A DNA stretch of 64,000 bases from Massalongia carnosa (taxonomy: Eukaryota), in assembly GCA_965645245.1 (NCBI GenBank), contig OZ287071.1, forward strand, positions 2,232,001-2,296,000, written 5' to 3'. The notes under the pieces are model-generated. The model saw only the letters and a program-made list of their open reading frames with translations. It was not told the origin of the DNA and ran no database searches. The translations under genes were made by a program, and so were the position numbers. Shown piece by piece: positions 50,644 to 62,252 of this stretch; the first letter of the stretch is position 1; the number at the start of each line of letters is the position of its first letter.

Positions 50644-53600
50644 TTACCACGCTGCCCCAACATCAAAGTCAAACCTCGTCAGCTCCCTCCCCGCATCCTC
50701 AACGTCCTTCTTCGCCTTCATGCGCATGTAGTAGATCGGGCAGTCCTTGCTGCTGCAAATCACCTCGTTGTGCAGGCTCCCCTGACAGCGCTGACACTGC
50801 GTCCACAAGCGCCCGAAACGTACCTCCAGGTCGCTTACCTTGGTTAGAGTCTTGGTATACAGTTCGCCGATGCGCGGCCGGCAGTTGTCGCACACGGCGC
50901 CAGCCATTTCCTCCTTGCCGACCAACGGCTTCTTGCAGCCCATGCAAGTCTGCGTCTTCTTCGTGAAGCGCGTCAAGGCACCGAGCGTGGGCGCCGCGAC
51001 ATTGATCGAGCGCGTGTGATCGCCCGTGAGCAGTTGCCCGGAGCGTTTTTCGCCGAGAATAGGGTCGAAAATGCGGCCGAGGGGCTTGGCGAGTTGGTTA
51101 TCGAGGTAATATTTCGTGTCGATAGGGATGTTGTGTTCGAGCACATAGATGGGGTCTTCGGAGCGCTCGTAGTTCTTCGCGCCGCCGGCGCCCTTGACGA
51201 TAACATAGGCGACACGGTCGCCCAGGGTAGGCGCGGAGCCAGCGTCGCGCTTCTTCATGCGTTTAGCGAGCTCCACATGCGCTTGTTGGGCACTGTAGTC
51301 TTCCTTCGCAAGAGCTTTGGTGATGACGAGTTTGGACATGTCGATTTTATTTTGAAGCAGGTCGGAGATGATGTCTTTGACATACCTTGGGAAGGATTAG
51401 CCGGGGTTATGGGATGGATGAGGGTGGGCTTACTCTTGAGCGCCTTCTAGGTCCTGATCGATGAGGATTTTGCGGAGGATAGTCTCGATGACATTTTGTA
51501 CTAGACGGCAATTGTCTCTTCGTACGGTCTCGATGCCTTTGCTATCCATTTTGTCGTACTTATCGGGGTTGGTCCAGTAGAGACCGGCGTAACGCTTCTT
51601 GTTGATGAGCAGGTAGGGAAAGTAGACCTTCTCAAACTCAAGCTTGATTGGCTTGATGAACTTGGAAGAAACAAACTTTGCCGCTTCCTCGCCAAGTTCC
51701 ATCGCCTTTTTTAGATCTTTAGGTCCAAATTTCACCATGACTGAGTCGGTGTCGCCGTAGATTACTTCTGCATCGTAGTCGTAACCGTTTGCAACCGTGA
51801 ACCACGCCTCGACTTCCTCTTTAGTTTTTTCAATCATCTGTCTGCCGTAGCTGGTCGTACTGCTAGCTATGGCAAGACAGGGTAATTTTCCAACCGTAGC
51901 TCCGGTGATGCCGTAAACGCTATTGGCGCTGATCTTCAGGGCAAGCTGTCTACCATTGAGAACAGCCTTCTTGAATGGGTCGGTTTCGACAGCTAGTTCC
52001 TTCTTCGCGCGTTTTCTGGCTCCTAATAATTCCTCGAGGATTTGAGTAAGTAGGCCCTTTCGAACGTTTGACGTACAAAACATGTCGCCATTCGGGGTGA
52101 CGATATAGTCTTCGCCTTTGACCAAGCCTAGCTTTTCCACGCTGGTTTTATTCAGGAGAGTGGTGTAGCAGAGATTGTGGGCTTGGATAATACTAGGGTA
52201 GAGAGAAGCAAAATCCAGAGTGGCGATCGGAACTTTGTAATAGCCTCTTGAAGGCTCAATAACGGTAGCACCTTCATACTGCTCTTCAGAATGATCGGAT
52301 GCGTTGTTTGGAATGACGAGCTGTTGCTCCAAAGCTTTTCGGAAGAGCTGGCTGATGAACTTGACTTGCTGCCCTCGTGCGAGCAAGTAATTAAATGGCA
52401 CCCCCGTCACTCTTGCCATCTCTGTGTAATTCACAAGACACATTAGCTTGTCCATTAGACGTTGCGGTAGAAATGCATCCTTGAGGCAGTACACAGCCAA
52501 ACGACGCCTCGACTCGGGCGTTCCATTGAAGAGTTCGGTGATGATGGTATGGTGGACATCTTCTTTTTGCTCTCCTAGGAAATGCGCACAGACAGAATTG
52601 AGGGTATAGCTTCGTAGTTGATGGTCTCGTTGCACAAGCTGCAGAAGATCCAGTTGCAGACGCCCATTCGTATTCGTGGCTTTCGTATCTCGATTCCCCA
52701 TTTGTTTGCTAGAAAAGTTCGTCTCCTTGGCGTACGATCGCATACCCTTTAGCCTCGTCCAGAAGGGAAAACTAGTGCACTTAAGATGTTTTGCACGATC
52801 CAGAAGGTATGGAAAATCGAAGTTGGCAATGTTATAGCCAATAATGACGTCTGGATCGACCTTCTCAAGAAAGTCCCTCCATGCAAGAAGCATCTTTTCC
52901 TCCTTATCGAATTCAAATATCTGTGTATTGACTATGAGACTGCAAGTGTCGAGACAAAATACGTTTCGGACAAATGGTTTTGGATCTCCATATTTGGTTA
53001 CAATGTTTGCAATTTGAATAACTGGATCTTTGGTGGCTTCGGGGAACACACCCTTTCGGCCTGCGCACTCAATATCGAACGAGAGGATCCGTAGTGGAGC
53101 CATCTTCGTCCATTCTCCATCACTCGGGTGAGCTATCAAGTCCCTATAGTGGACATGAGCTTCTATCTGGCAATTCGAATGACGATCTCGATATGGAAGT
53201 ATGTGGTACTTGGACTTTGGAGCCTCAACCCACGACATTCCTGATATCTAACAAGCGTTAGATCAGTTGTTGCCTTGATTGCATGACTTACGCTCGTATC
53301 AATCATAAAGCGTAATACATATTGAATGCTATCAAAAGTCAAAAGGCCCCCATCACGACCTTTCCATAGTCCCTTGTAATTCGAATTGGAGGTATCGCTT
53401 TGGAGAAAGGATCGTAGCTTGTTTATAAATTTGGGATCTGTGACCGTGATCTTAAGAAATGGGCTTTTCTCGTTTCCATGAAAGCCAAATAGATTTTGGC
53501 GAGGCACTATTTGCACCGAATATATCACTGGCTGGTGCATAGCCAACTGGGCTTCCAGAAAGGATCTAAAGTCATCACAATCCGACTTTGCAAAGGAGAC

Positions 53601-54116
53601 TGGAGCCGCAATATAGAGGTAATGGAGGAAGTCGGTGACGTGTAGGAGGACCGAATGACCGGTCTATGTCCACGTCAGAAGATGGCAGCACTTGACCACA
53701 GCGTTACTCGCCTCGGTGACCCCAAATAGCTTCACCGTAGTCCGCCCTCCATGCAAGGTTCCCTCTTCTGCTTCAATCTGTTGAAAACATAGACTATCAT
53801 TGTTTTCGTCAAAGTCTTCCAAACTCGGTCGGTCCCAATGCTGATCCTTTTCCGAGTTCTTTTGCTTCAGCCCGCTGATGTCTTGAGTCAATTTCTCCAA
53901 AACCTCCTCTTCAAATTGGCTCTTTGGCTGACTCGATCCGAGTTTTCCATGAACGCTGTGTTGACTGGAGTTCTGCAACGCAGGGGATGACCCCCTGTCC
54001 AGCTTTCTCCTCTTCATGGCGCTGGGAGAGGAGAGAATATGGGTATTGGTATTGGTATGAGCTTTGGTAGAGTCTCCGAGCACTCTTTTAGAGGTTTTCA
54101 GAACTGCTGCTGGCAT
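50644..54116 (-). CDS. POL3: DNA polymerase delta catalytic subunit
   Basis: Exo motifs [20 protein letters not shown]; Pol motifs [25 protein letters not shown]-terminal CysA/CysB (CMGC...CDNC; CQRC...C...CPI). The first intron is GC-AG (53711-53664); further introns at ~53291-53242 and ~51434-51386. Confidence 0.97.
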
Positions 54117-54228
54117 GTTGGACAACTATGAGCCAATATAGTACTTCGTAGTCCGACTCAATGGAAAGGGTATTTGCGATTTGCAGAGTGCTATCAATGC
54201 TACCAGTACTGTGAGAGTAGTGGATTGG

Positions 54229-54247
54229 AGCGCGTCACTTTACGCGT
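54229..54247. promoter_or_regulatory. MCB (MluI cell-cycle box) elements upstream of POL3
   Basis: Perfect ACGCGT at 54242-54247 and GCGCGTC at 54230-54236, ~115-130 bp upstream of the POL3 ATG. Confidence 0.65.
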
Positions 54248-54865
54248 GATTTGATAAATTACGTGACGGGCGAGCTCAGATGAAACGGGTTACAGAGTGC
54301 CGAGGATGAAGTACGAATACGACAACGATGTTCATGATGATTGGCTGATATGAGCATGTGACTTCATCGTGCGCCAATTGGCTCTAGCTTCCCGCCTTAG
54401 CACTGAGAAGCCGCAATCCGAAACTTCGGAATTCAGGGAGAAACGAATTTCCGTGTGTAAAGAAAAAGAAACCCGCCGTAAAGAGTACTCCGTAATGAGT
54501 ACAGAGTACAGGTATCAGAAATATGCATAGCCACCCCACGTACATTATTATCCATCATCGCATCATCATCATCCATCATCCATCATCCATCATCATCTTC
54601 ACCTTAACATCCAGATCGATCGGTGACGGACTACTCATCACCGATTCACTAGAACAAAAAACACGCAAGCGGTTCATGCTGACCCATGAAGCTATCGTCT
54701 TCCCACATGCTGATTTTATGAAACTTGTTTCGATTCTTCAGCCTGTTAATTCAAGCCTAAACTGGATTCTCGGAGAACTTGTTGTGGTCGTTCAATTTAT
54801 CTGGCACTGAGGATCGAGACCCGAGACATAAAAGTTTCTTTGCAACGTTTGTCGCATCCCGGATC

Positions 54866-56436
54866 ATGGCCCGTAACGAGCGTTATAGCCATGAATCCCC
54901 TCATGGCCGTACAGATGCCCCCTTACCGCCTCTCCCTCCCTCAGAGTTTGACCGCCCGACGGAATATCAGAGCTCGATATCGCCCATTACATCTCCTATT
55001 GACGAACCCAGCTATCGGACTTATGGGCGGCGGAGCCAGCAAAGCATCGCATCAAATCATGAATACTATGGAGACCGTGATCACGAACCAAATCCCTTCT
55101 CGGACGATATTCCGCTTCGAAATCACTCACAAATGGAATATGATGGCGCATATGGGCAGGAGCAGCCGCGATATGAGCCTCGTGGATTCAGTAATTCGTT
55201 ACCCCCAAGAACGCAATCAACTCGGAGTCGCGGGAAGAAGGGACTTTTCAGCAGCAGGGTCCCTTGGGTGACATATGCCTTTACTCTGATCCAATCAATC
55301 GTCTTCTTGGTCGAGCTCATCAAGAACGGTAAGTCAACCTTTCTGCGGTGGAATGTTTACTAACAATATCAGGCGTCCTTACCAAAACTCCCGTGGAAAT
55401 CCATCCTCAATTTAATCCCATGATCGGTCCCTCTCCCTATGTCCTTATCAATATGGGTGCTCGCTACGTCCCTTGCATGCGCGCGACGCCTGAGATTCAA
55501 GATAAGGCGATAAATTGGCCCTGCCCTAACTCAACCTCCTCTGACCCCTCAAGCCCTGATTACAGCTGTACCCTCTCCCAGCTCTGTGGCTTTTCAGACC
55601 ACCACACCGTCAGTGAACATCCAAACCAGTGGTTTCGCTTCATCATTCCCATGTTCCTACACGCTGGATTCATCCACATTGCATTCAACATGCTCATCCA
55701 GCTCACTCTAGGCCGGGACATGGAAAAGGATATTGGCCCTTTTCGGTTTGCTCTCGTCTATTTGAGTAGCGGCATTTTCGGCTTCGTCCTTGGAGGCAAC
55801 TTTGCGCCAGGCGGGATCTCCTCCACAGGAGCATCAGGCTGCCTTTTCGGCATCATCGCCCTTGTCCTTCTCGATCTTCTCTACCACTGGAGGAATCACG
55901 TTTCTCCATGGGCCGACCTTGCCTGGATCGTTCTTACCATTGCCGTTTCCTTCGTTCTTGGTCTTCTGCCAGGTCTTGACAATTTCTCCCATATTGGCGG
56001 GTTCCTCATGGGACTTGTCTTGGGGATTTGTCTGCTGCATTCTCCAGACATACTCCGTAAGCGCGTTGGGCACGATACACCACCTTACACCCCCGTATCG
56101 TCGAGAGCGCAAAAGCCTGGAGACGCAAGCAGCGCGGCGATCAAAGGGTTCATGAAGCAGTCTGTAGGCTTCTTCAAAGGACGCAAACCGTTATGGTGGC
56201 TCTGGTGGCTTGTAAGAGCAGGGGCGCTGATAGGCGTCATTGTTTCGTTCATCGTGCTTCTGAAGAATTTTTACAAGGAGAATCCAACGAAGTGTTCTTG
56301 GTGTAAGCATTTGAGTTGTATCAACATACACAATTGGTGCGACATTGGAAACCTCACTTTCACCAACACGACTAAATCATCAAAACGAGATCTTCTTGGG
56401 ATTACAGGGCCGGTGGATCTCGGCCCTTGGCTCTAG
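54866..56436 (+). CDS. Rhomboid-family intramembrane serine protease
   Basis: Exons 54866-55328 and 55373-56436. NPMIGPS, QWFRFIIPMFLHAGFIHIAFN, catalytic GASG and DNFSHIGG. Confidence 0.92.
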
Positions 56437-56716
56437 GTCCCAATTTTCGATTCATGACCAACATTGACGATAGATGGCACTAGAGCCTAGAGTTCCGGTT
56501 TCTTCTTTAATTCCTCACAGCGATCATTCTTAAGGTTTTTTTTCTAAATTGGATCTAGCTTAGCATAGCGCAGGCGTTTGTACTATCATCAGCTGGCGTT
56601 TGGTTTTGTAGGGAATGCTTGGCCTCGGCTTATATTTTTGAAGTTTTCGTTTTCCGCTTGTGTTCCAATGTAGAGGATTCGCAAGAAATGCGAAAACCCA
56701 ACTAGTCCAATGTGTC

Positions 56717-56787
56717 ATCTATCTGATTTTATCTATCTGATTTTATCTATCTGATTTTATCTTATCTGATTTTATCTATCTGATTTT
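56717..56787. repeat. 14-bp minisatellite (ATCTATCTGATTTT) x5
   Basis: Five head-to-tail copies, the fourth with one extra T. Confidence 0.92.
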
Positions 56788-58439
56788 AAAATCCACTCTT
56801 TGGAGCTCTAGGCAAGGATTTATAAATTTGAATGCCTTGGACCGCTTCTCGCAGTTTTGAGAACCCAAATATTTTTGTAGATGGTTGAATTTAGGTTTCT
56901 AGTTCTAGGGGATCCCGGCATGGGCAATGCAGAAATTCGTTGGGCTGAGGTCTCAGTCAAGGATATTTCGCCCCCTACTCTATCGTACTTATAGTGAGCC
57001 TTCAAAGTTGAAACGGGGAGGAAAAAAAGCGTGACCACATATCAGCAATCACTGTACCCCATGGACGACGATGATTATTTCTACGTATAAAGTGTCTTAC
57101 AGATATACGGATGACGAATGCGGGATGTCACAATGGTGGAATTCACATTCGGAGCACATGTTTCAGGAACCACGGCGAGAAGGTGGCTTGTGGAGGAACT
57201 CGGCTCAAGGGAACAATTCTAGAAAGGGAGGTAAAAAGGGGTATGTGGCGCTAGGCTTTGTACGGTTAGTTCGCTCCCTCATTCGACCTCAACTATATTT
57301 TTTTGCTGGACATGTTTTCTGTAATGGCGACGAGGTTTTGCATGGGCGGGGGGTTGGTTTTGAGCATTGGCATTAAATATGTTGCCGAGGTTTATACGCC
57401 ATGGAAGGGTTGAAGTGTTGGATGTCCTGGAGGTGGATGAGAGATATGTATGTTGCCATGTGATATTTTTCTTGTATCAACTGTCTTGCCTCTTGCTCTA
57501 CTTCCTGCGCCATGAGAAACGGGGTGGATAGAATAATGTCTTTTCATCATAGCTTGCTCTTTTCGGCGTTTCTATGATGTGAAGAAGAGACTGTGACATT
57601 GGTAGACCTGGCGGCGATATCTGAAATACCCAGCAGAAAGCTGAGTCATTTAGCTCTCCAGTCATCTTGAGGTTGGTGATTCTTAGTTGCTAAAGCATTA
57701 AACTGTCTCTCCCTTTTCGTTTATCTGGGGTTTGAGATTTTCCAACGGGCCATCTATACTTCCATTGGAGATGATAACTGCTGCTATGCAATATGCCTCA
57801 AATGAATTATTTACCGCAAACCTTTACAGCGTCTCGAGTCAGATTAAAATCTACGATTCACCAACGCGACTAGTCCTATCACGTATTTTTCTTTTCCCCC
57901 TCACGTTTCTCAACCGGTTGGCTTCATCTGAGCTAAATCATTAGCACTTCAGGTGAAGTGTTACTAGAATACACCGTCATCGATTTCGGAACCCCACTTT
58001 CACATCATCAACATCCAAATCCCAACTTGTCCAGGTATTTCTTTGATCCTCACTCCAAAGAACAAGCAAAAATACTAAGCATAGACCAAAGCCCAGTCTT
58101 CAACCTCGGGGAAGAATACTAAACCCTACGACGATCAAGCCCAACGCAAGAACAACCATCATCATCATTTGCAGTCTCGCTACAGCTTCATTGTCCGCGT
58201 CGTTGATAAGAACTCGACCCCTGCGCCTGAAATGGAGTCTTTTTCTCCCCACCCACAATCTATACTTCCAAATCAAGCCTTAAAATCAAATGGTAAGCCT
58301 TCCAGGATTCTTACAAACCTCACCCAGTCTCACTTCTCCCACTCTCGTCTCTCAATCCAGACTCAACTCTCTATCATCTCATCAGCACAACTAAGAAATC
58401 ACCGCAGAATCTACTTCAGTTCCTACCCAAGAACCAAAC

Positions 58440-58620
58440 ATGTCTCCAATCACGTCCACCGCTGTAGTCGCTGAGGCTCTCACCGGCCCGAACGAGCACC
58501 GTGGTATGTCATCTCCTACCAAAAATCCTCTCTCATAGATCCCATCTATCAAGTGAACGGCCGCTAACTCTCCTTTCCCCCACTATAGGCTCCCCCGGCA
58601 GCGGCTGCACCATCATGTAA
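58440..58620 (+). CDS. Small CAAX-terminated peptide, candidate a-factor-like pheromone precursor
   Basis: Exon 58440-58503, intron 58504-58588 (GTATGT...GCTAAC...TAG), exon 58589-58620. Gives MSPITSTAVVAEALTGPNEHRGSPGSGCTIM* (31 aa). Confidence 0.72.
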
Positions 58621-59593
58621 ACCCTTCTTGCGCCGCCCAAAAAAGCCCTCTCCAGGAACCCCTAGCACTCTGCTCACAAGGCCCCGTCGTTCCCGGCCTT
58701 TACAGCTAGCCTGCTTTAATATTCAAGGAAGGATTCTCAAACATCGGACACGCATTGGCATATTTTACACCAACTTTTCTTTTTTTTCTTAAAACCCCCA
58801 GTTTTACCCAACCCAACATATTCATTCCCCCCCCCAAAAGTCCCAACACCCAGCGAGGCCTCTAATCGGCTTTTCTATCTTCAGCCACCACCAGAAGAAC
58901 CAAAGCATCGATAAGAAAAAAATATGGCCTCACCACCCCAGCACATAATTTCCATTCTCAACCCCCCGCCCCCGCATCTCTAAGCCCGGCCTTCTGATCT
59001 CTCTCTCCCTTGTCCACCACCTCTTTACCTTCTCCCCATTCTTTCCATCTGGTTAATCAATCAATCAATAACTTATTCAACCCCCCCTACCGTCACGAAC
59101 AATTACTCAGTCCATCTACATAACCCTGGCACTCTCGATGTTCCGGGGGCAGGATAGTGCGAGGGGATGGATGGATACATGAATAAGCTGAACGAGGGTG
59201 ACCAGAGCAAGGGATAGGTAAACTAATCAGCTCATAGCCACGCGGGGGGCGGGAAGGCATTTCAATTATTTTCCTCTCCTCCTTCGTTCTTTCTCTCCAA
59301 CTCCACGAGAAAGCCCAGTAGAGGAAGAGGGGTCAAGGTCTAGCCACTTATTTAGTTTTATCATTCATTTACAATTCATTTCCACCCCTCTTCGACCGGT
59401 TTTTCTTCCAAACCTGCGCGTACAACCCCTCCCTTAACCCAACCCCTATAATCCCTCAGCCGAAACCATGTATCTATCTCTATTGCAAATTTTTACTCCC
59501 AGACACTCATTTTTAGTTTTGTGAGCCAACCTACCTACCTCCCTTTCCTAATTTTCCGTTCCCACGTGTTTTGCCCATATCCGTTTGTAGTAG

Positions 59594-59606
59594 TGATGAT
59601 GACGAC

Positions 59607-59643
<37 letters not shown>

Positions 59644-59649
59644 GTGATG
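59594..59649. repeat. (GAT)n trinucleotide microsatellite
   Basis: Long gatgatgat run with two gac and one ggt interruptions. Confidence 0.9.
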
Positions 59650-60267
59650 CTAGTAGGGTTCTATCGCTGCGTCCCCAAAAAAGACAAATACATACATACA
59701 TTACTTAAAGAGGTCCGGTAAAGCAGGGCACATTATCGGTGTGTGTGTGTGTGTTTTTGGTGGGGAAAAGGGGGGGTGGGGGGTTGGTTTAGTGGTGGTA
59801 GACGAGATTTAGGAGGAGATGGGATTTTTATTATTATATGTCCCTGCATATTTAGTCGATGGGTAAATAGATATACCTAGTAGATTAGGTAAAAGGGATA
59901 TGCAGGACGGGAGGGATAGGACAGACGGAATGATCTGGAGAAAAATAAAATAAACGCAAAGTTTAGAAGGGGCGCGCTGGAAACGCGGTGGGAGGTTGCG
60001 GGAAGGTTGGGATAGGATAGGATAGAGGAATAGGACAGGTATCGTATCATGAACAGATTAAAGAAGTCGTTGCCTTTTTACTTTTTCGTTCGCTTGATAA
60101 ACCCCCCCGGCCGGTGGTACATGAGAAACGGATTTCTGGTGATATCGTGACTGGTCGTGGGGTGATGGATAGATCCCCGCACGAATAAAACCTACACCAG
60201 TCAGTTCCTTGTCAGATTATTCTCAACTCCATTAACAACTGTTAACTGAAAAAAAAAAGTTTTCAAA

Positions 60268-62252
60268 TCAGCCGCAAGTTTTTAAAACCCCCTTTTCCCG
60301 CATCAACGCCTCCACTCTGTCAATCGTCCCGATCAGCAATCCCACGCCCTCAACACCCATTCCTCCCCCCTCGGTCTCGCCCACCGCCTCGCCCTCGGCC
60401 ATCTCTCGCAACGGCTGCAGGAAGTTCTCGGCGAGGCCGTATGTGCGCGACACGACGTCGATGGCGAGCGTGCGGAACAGTGAGGGCGAGGAGACGATGA
60501 GATAGTAGAGGTTCAGGGCCGCGAGATGGAAGGAGCGATTCGCGAGGAAGGCGGCCGGATCGAGGTCTGAGGGAGAGGAGGAGTTGAGGAAGCGTGGGTC
60601 GCCGAAGAGCATGGGGGATAGTTCGGCGATGGTGGATGGGGATGCGAAGAGGGGGTCAGAAGGAGGAGCCGCTTTTGCGTTGCTCTCGGCTGTGAGGAAT
60701 TCCTGTTTTAGCCAGCCGACGGCGCTCGCTTTGAGGTTTTCATAGGGGCAGTAGAGAAGGGTGTCGCGGATGAATGCCAGACGGACGATGTCGGAGGGGT
60801 GGGAATGAAGGAGTGAGGATGCTAGAACATGGGCATGATAGCGAAGGATGGGCGAAGGGGTATTGGCGGAAAGGAGAGACAGCCTCTGCATGGCAATATT
60901 GAACTCCTCGTCGTCCAAGGGCGGGATTAGATGGGGGTTTTTGCTTTGGATGAAGAATCCTAGAAAGAGAATTGCGTCGATGAATGAATCGTTTTCGGTG
61001 CCAATAGCTTTGACCAGAATGGGGCTGAGGAAGTTGGCAAGTATGGTTGCGTAGTCAGGGAAAATTTTCAACGGGAGCTGGGGTGTAGGGACGTCAAACA
61101 GAGATGACGCTGCCATTATTGCACAGAAGAGATAGAGCGATCCTGGTTGGGATAATTGGACGTCGGATGCTGAAGACGGGAGGTGGTCTTCTCCTTCATG
61201 GAAATCTGGCTCTGGGCCGGTGATACTCATGAAGAGTTCTTTTGGGCTAATTTTCAAGTCACGCGAGAGCGCCTGGAGAGTTAGTCGCTGAATGACAGCC
61301 TCTGATGTGAACTTACCACTATATGGCCCACGATCGCATCACTCTCTTGTAGTTCTTCCTCCTCCGTAAAGCGTTGGCTGTAAGACCGTCGCCCAGGAAT
61401 GATTTTCTCGGGGTGCAATCGTTCTTGAAACCTACTACACCAAGCCTGCCCTGGAATATCGTCTGTCGACGGCTTGAATACGTAAACCTCGATCGCATAG
61501 GTCAACAGCGACTGAAGAAGTCGATTCTGCAGCATCACCTCATTGGGTCCTAGATCGTCACCTTGACCTTCTGGGTCGGGAGCAATCTGAACGTTCACTT
61601 GTAAAGGAATCACAGAGCTACTTTTCCGGGGCGGTAGCTTAGGTCTTGCAGCGCCGGATAGAGTCTTGATGAAACTTAGAATTGCCTCCGTTGCTGCGGG
61701 GTCTGCTGCTATAAGGGAGTAGACTGGCAAGATGGCTTGTAAGGAAGTTGAGAGAAAGCGGCTGGGGTATTTGGTTCGGATACGGGGATGTAGCACTGCA
61801 AGCATCTCGAGCAGAGCGATAAACTGCATTTTCTTGGACGGAGGGCCCGTTGGGCTTTGGATCTCAGAACTCCTGATAATGCCTCTGCCATTCTGCTCCA
61901 CATTGGCCTGATCTCCCTCCACCACCCTTGACCCGTCTGTGTCCTCTTCATCGCTGTCAACACCCACATCGGCACGTCTCCCCAAGGCCTCCAGCAACTC
62001 CGTAACTTTCAAGACTACTTCTCTTGGATTCCCCAAGCGTGCCACATCCTGAAGGCATTCCCGCGACGCCGGCAACAGCGGAAGGAGCAGATGAACCAAA
62101 TCCCAGCCAATATTCGCAGTCAACGTCGTATCCTGCAGAATGTCATGAAGGGTGGGGAGCTGATCTAATGTCAAATGGTATTCGAGGAGTGTAAGGTAGG
62201 TAAGATAGTCGGTCTTGGGGGGAAGAGCGTTGAGGAGGGAGTTTTCCGCCAT
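60268..62252 (-). CDS. YAP1-binding/ALF4/glomulin family protein (YBP1-like)
   Basis: LPPKTDYLTYLTLLEY, IGWDLV, VARLGNPREVVLK, RIRTKYPSRFLSTSL, CPYENLKASAVGWLK. Exons 62252-61317 and 61272-60268. Confidence 0.83.

Noticed and set aside
51905..51940. POL3 motif B reads SVYGITG rather than SVYGFTG
   Set aside because: This is a conservative hydrophobic substitution and all catalytic residues are intact.
56717..56787. Repeat array superficially like CRISPR
   Set aside because: The units are head-to-tail with no spacers, the context is eukaryotic and there are no cas genes; it is a minisatellite.
59521..59721. ORF with a poly-Met tract
   Set aside because: It is an artefact of the (GAT)n microsatellite and starts at GTG.
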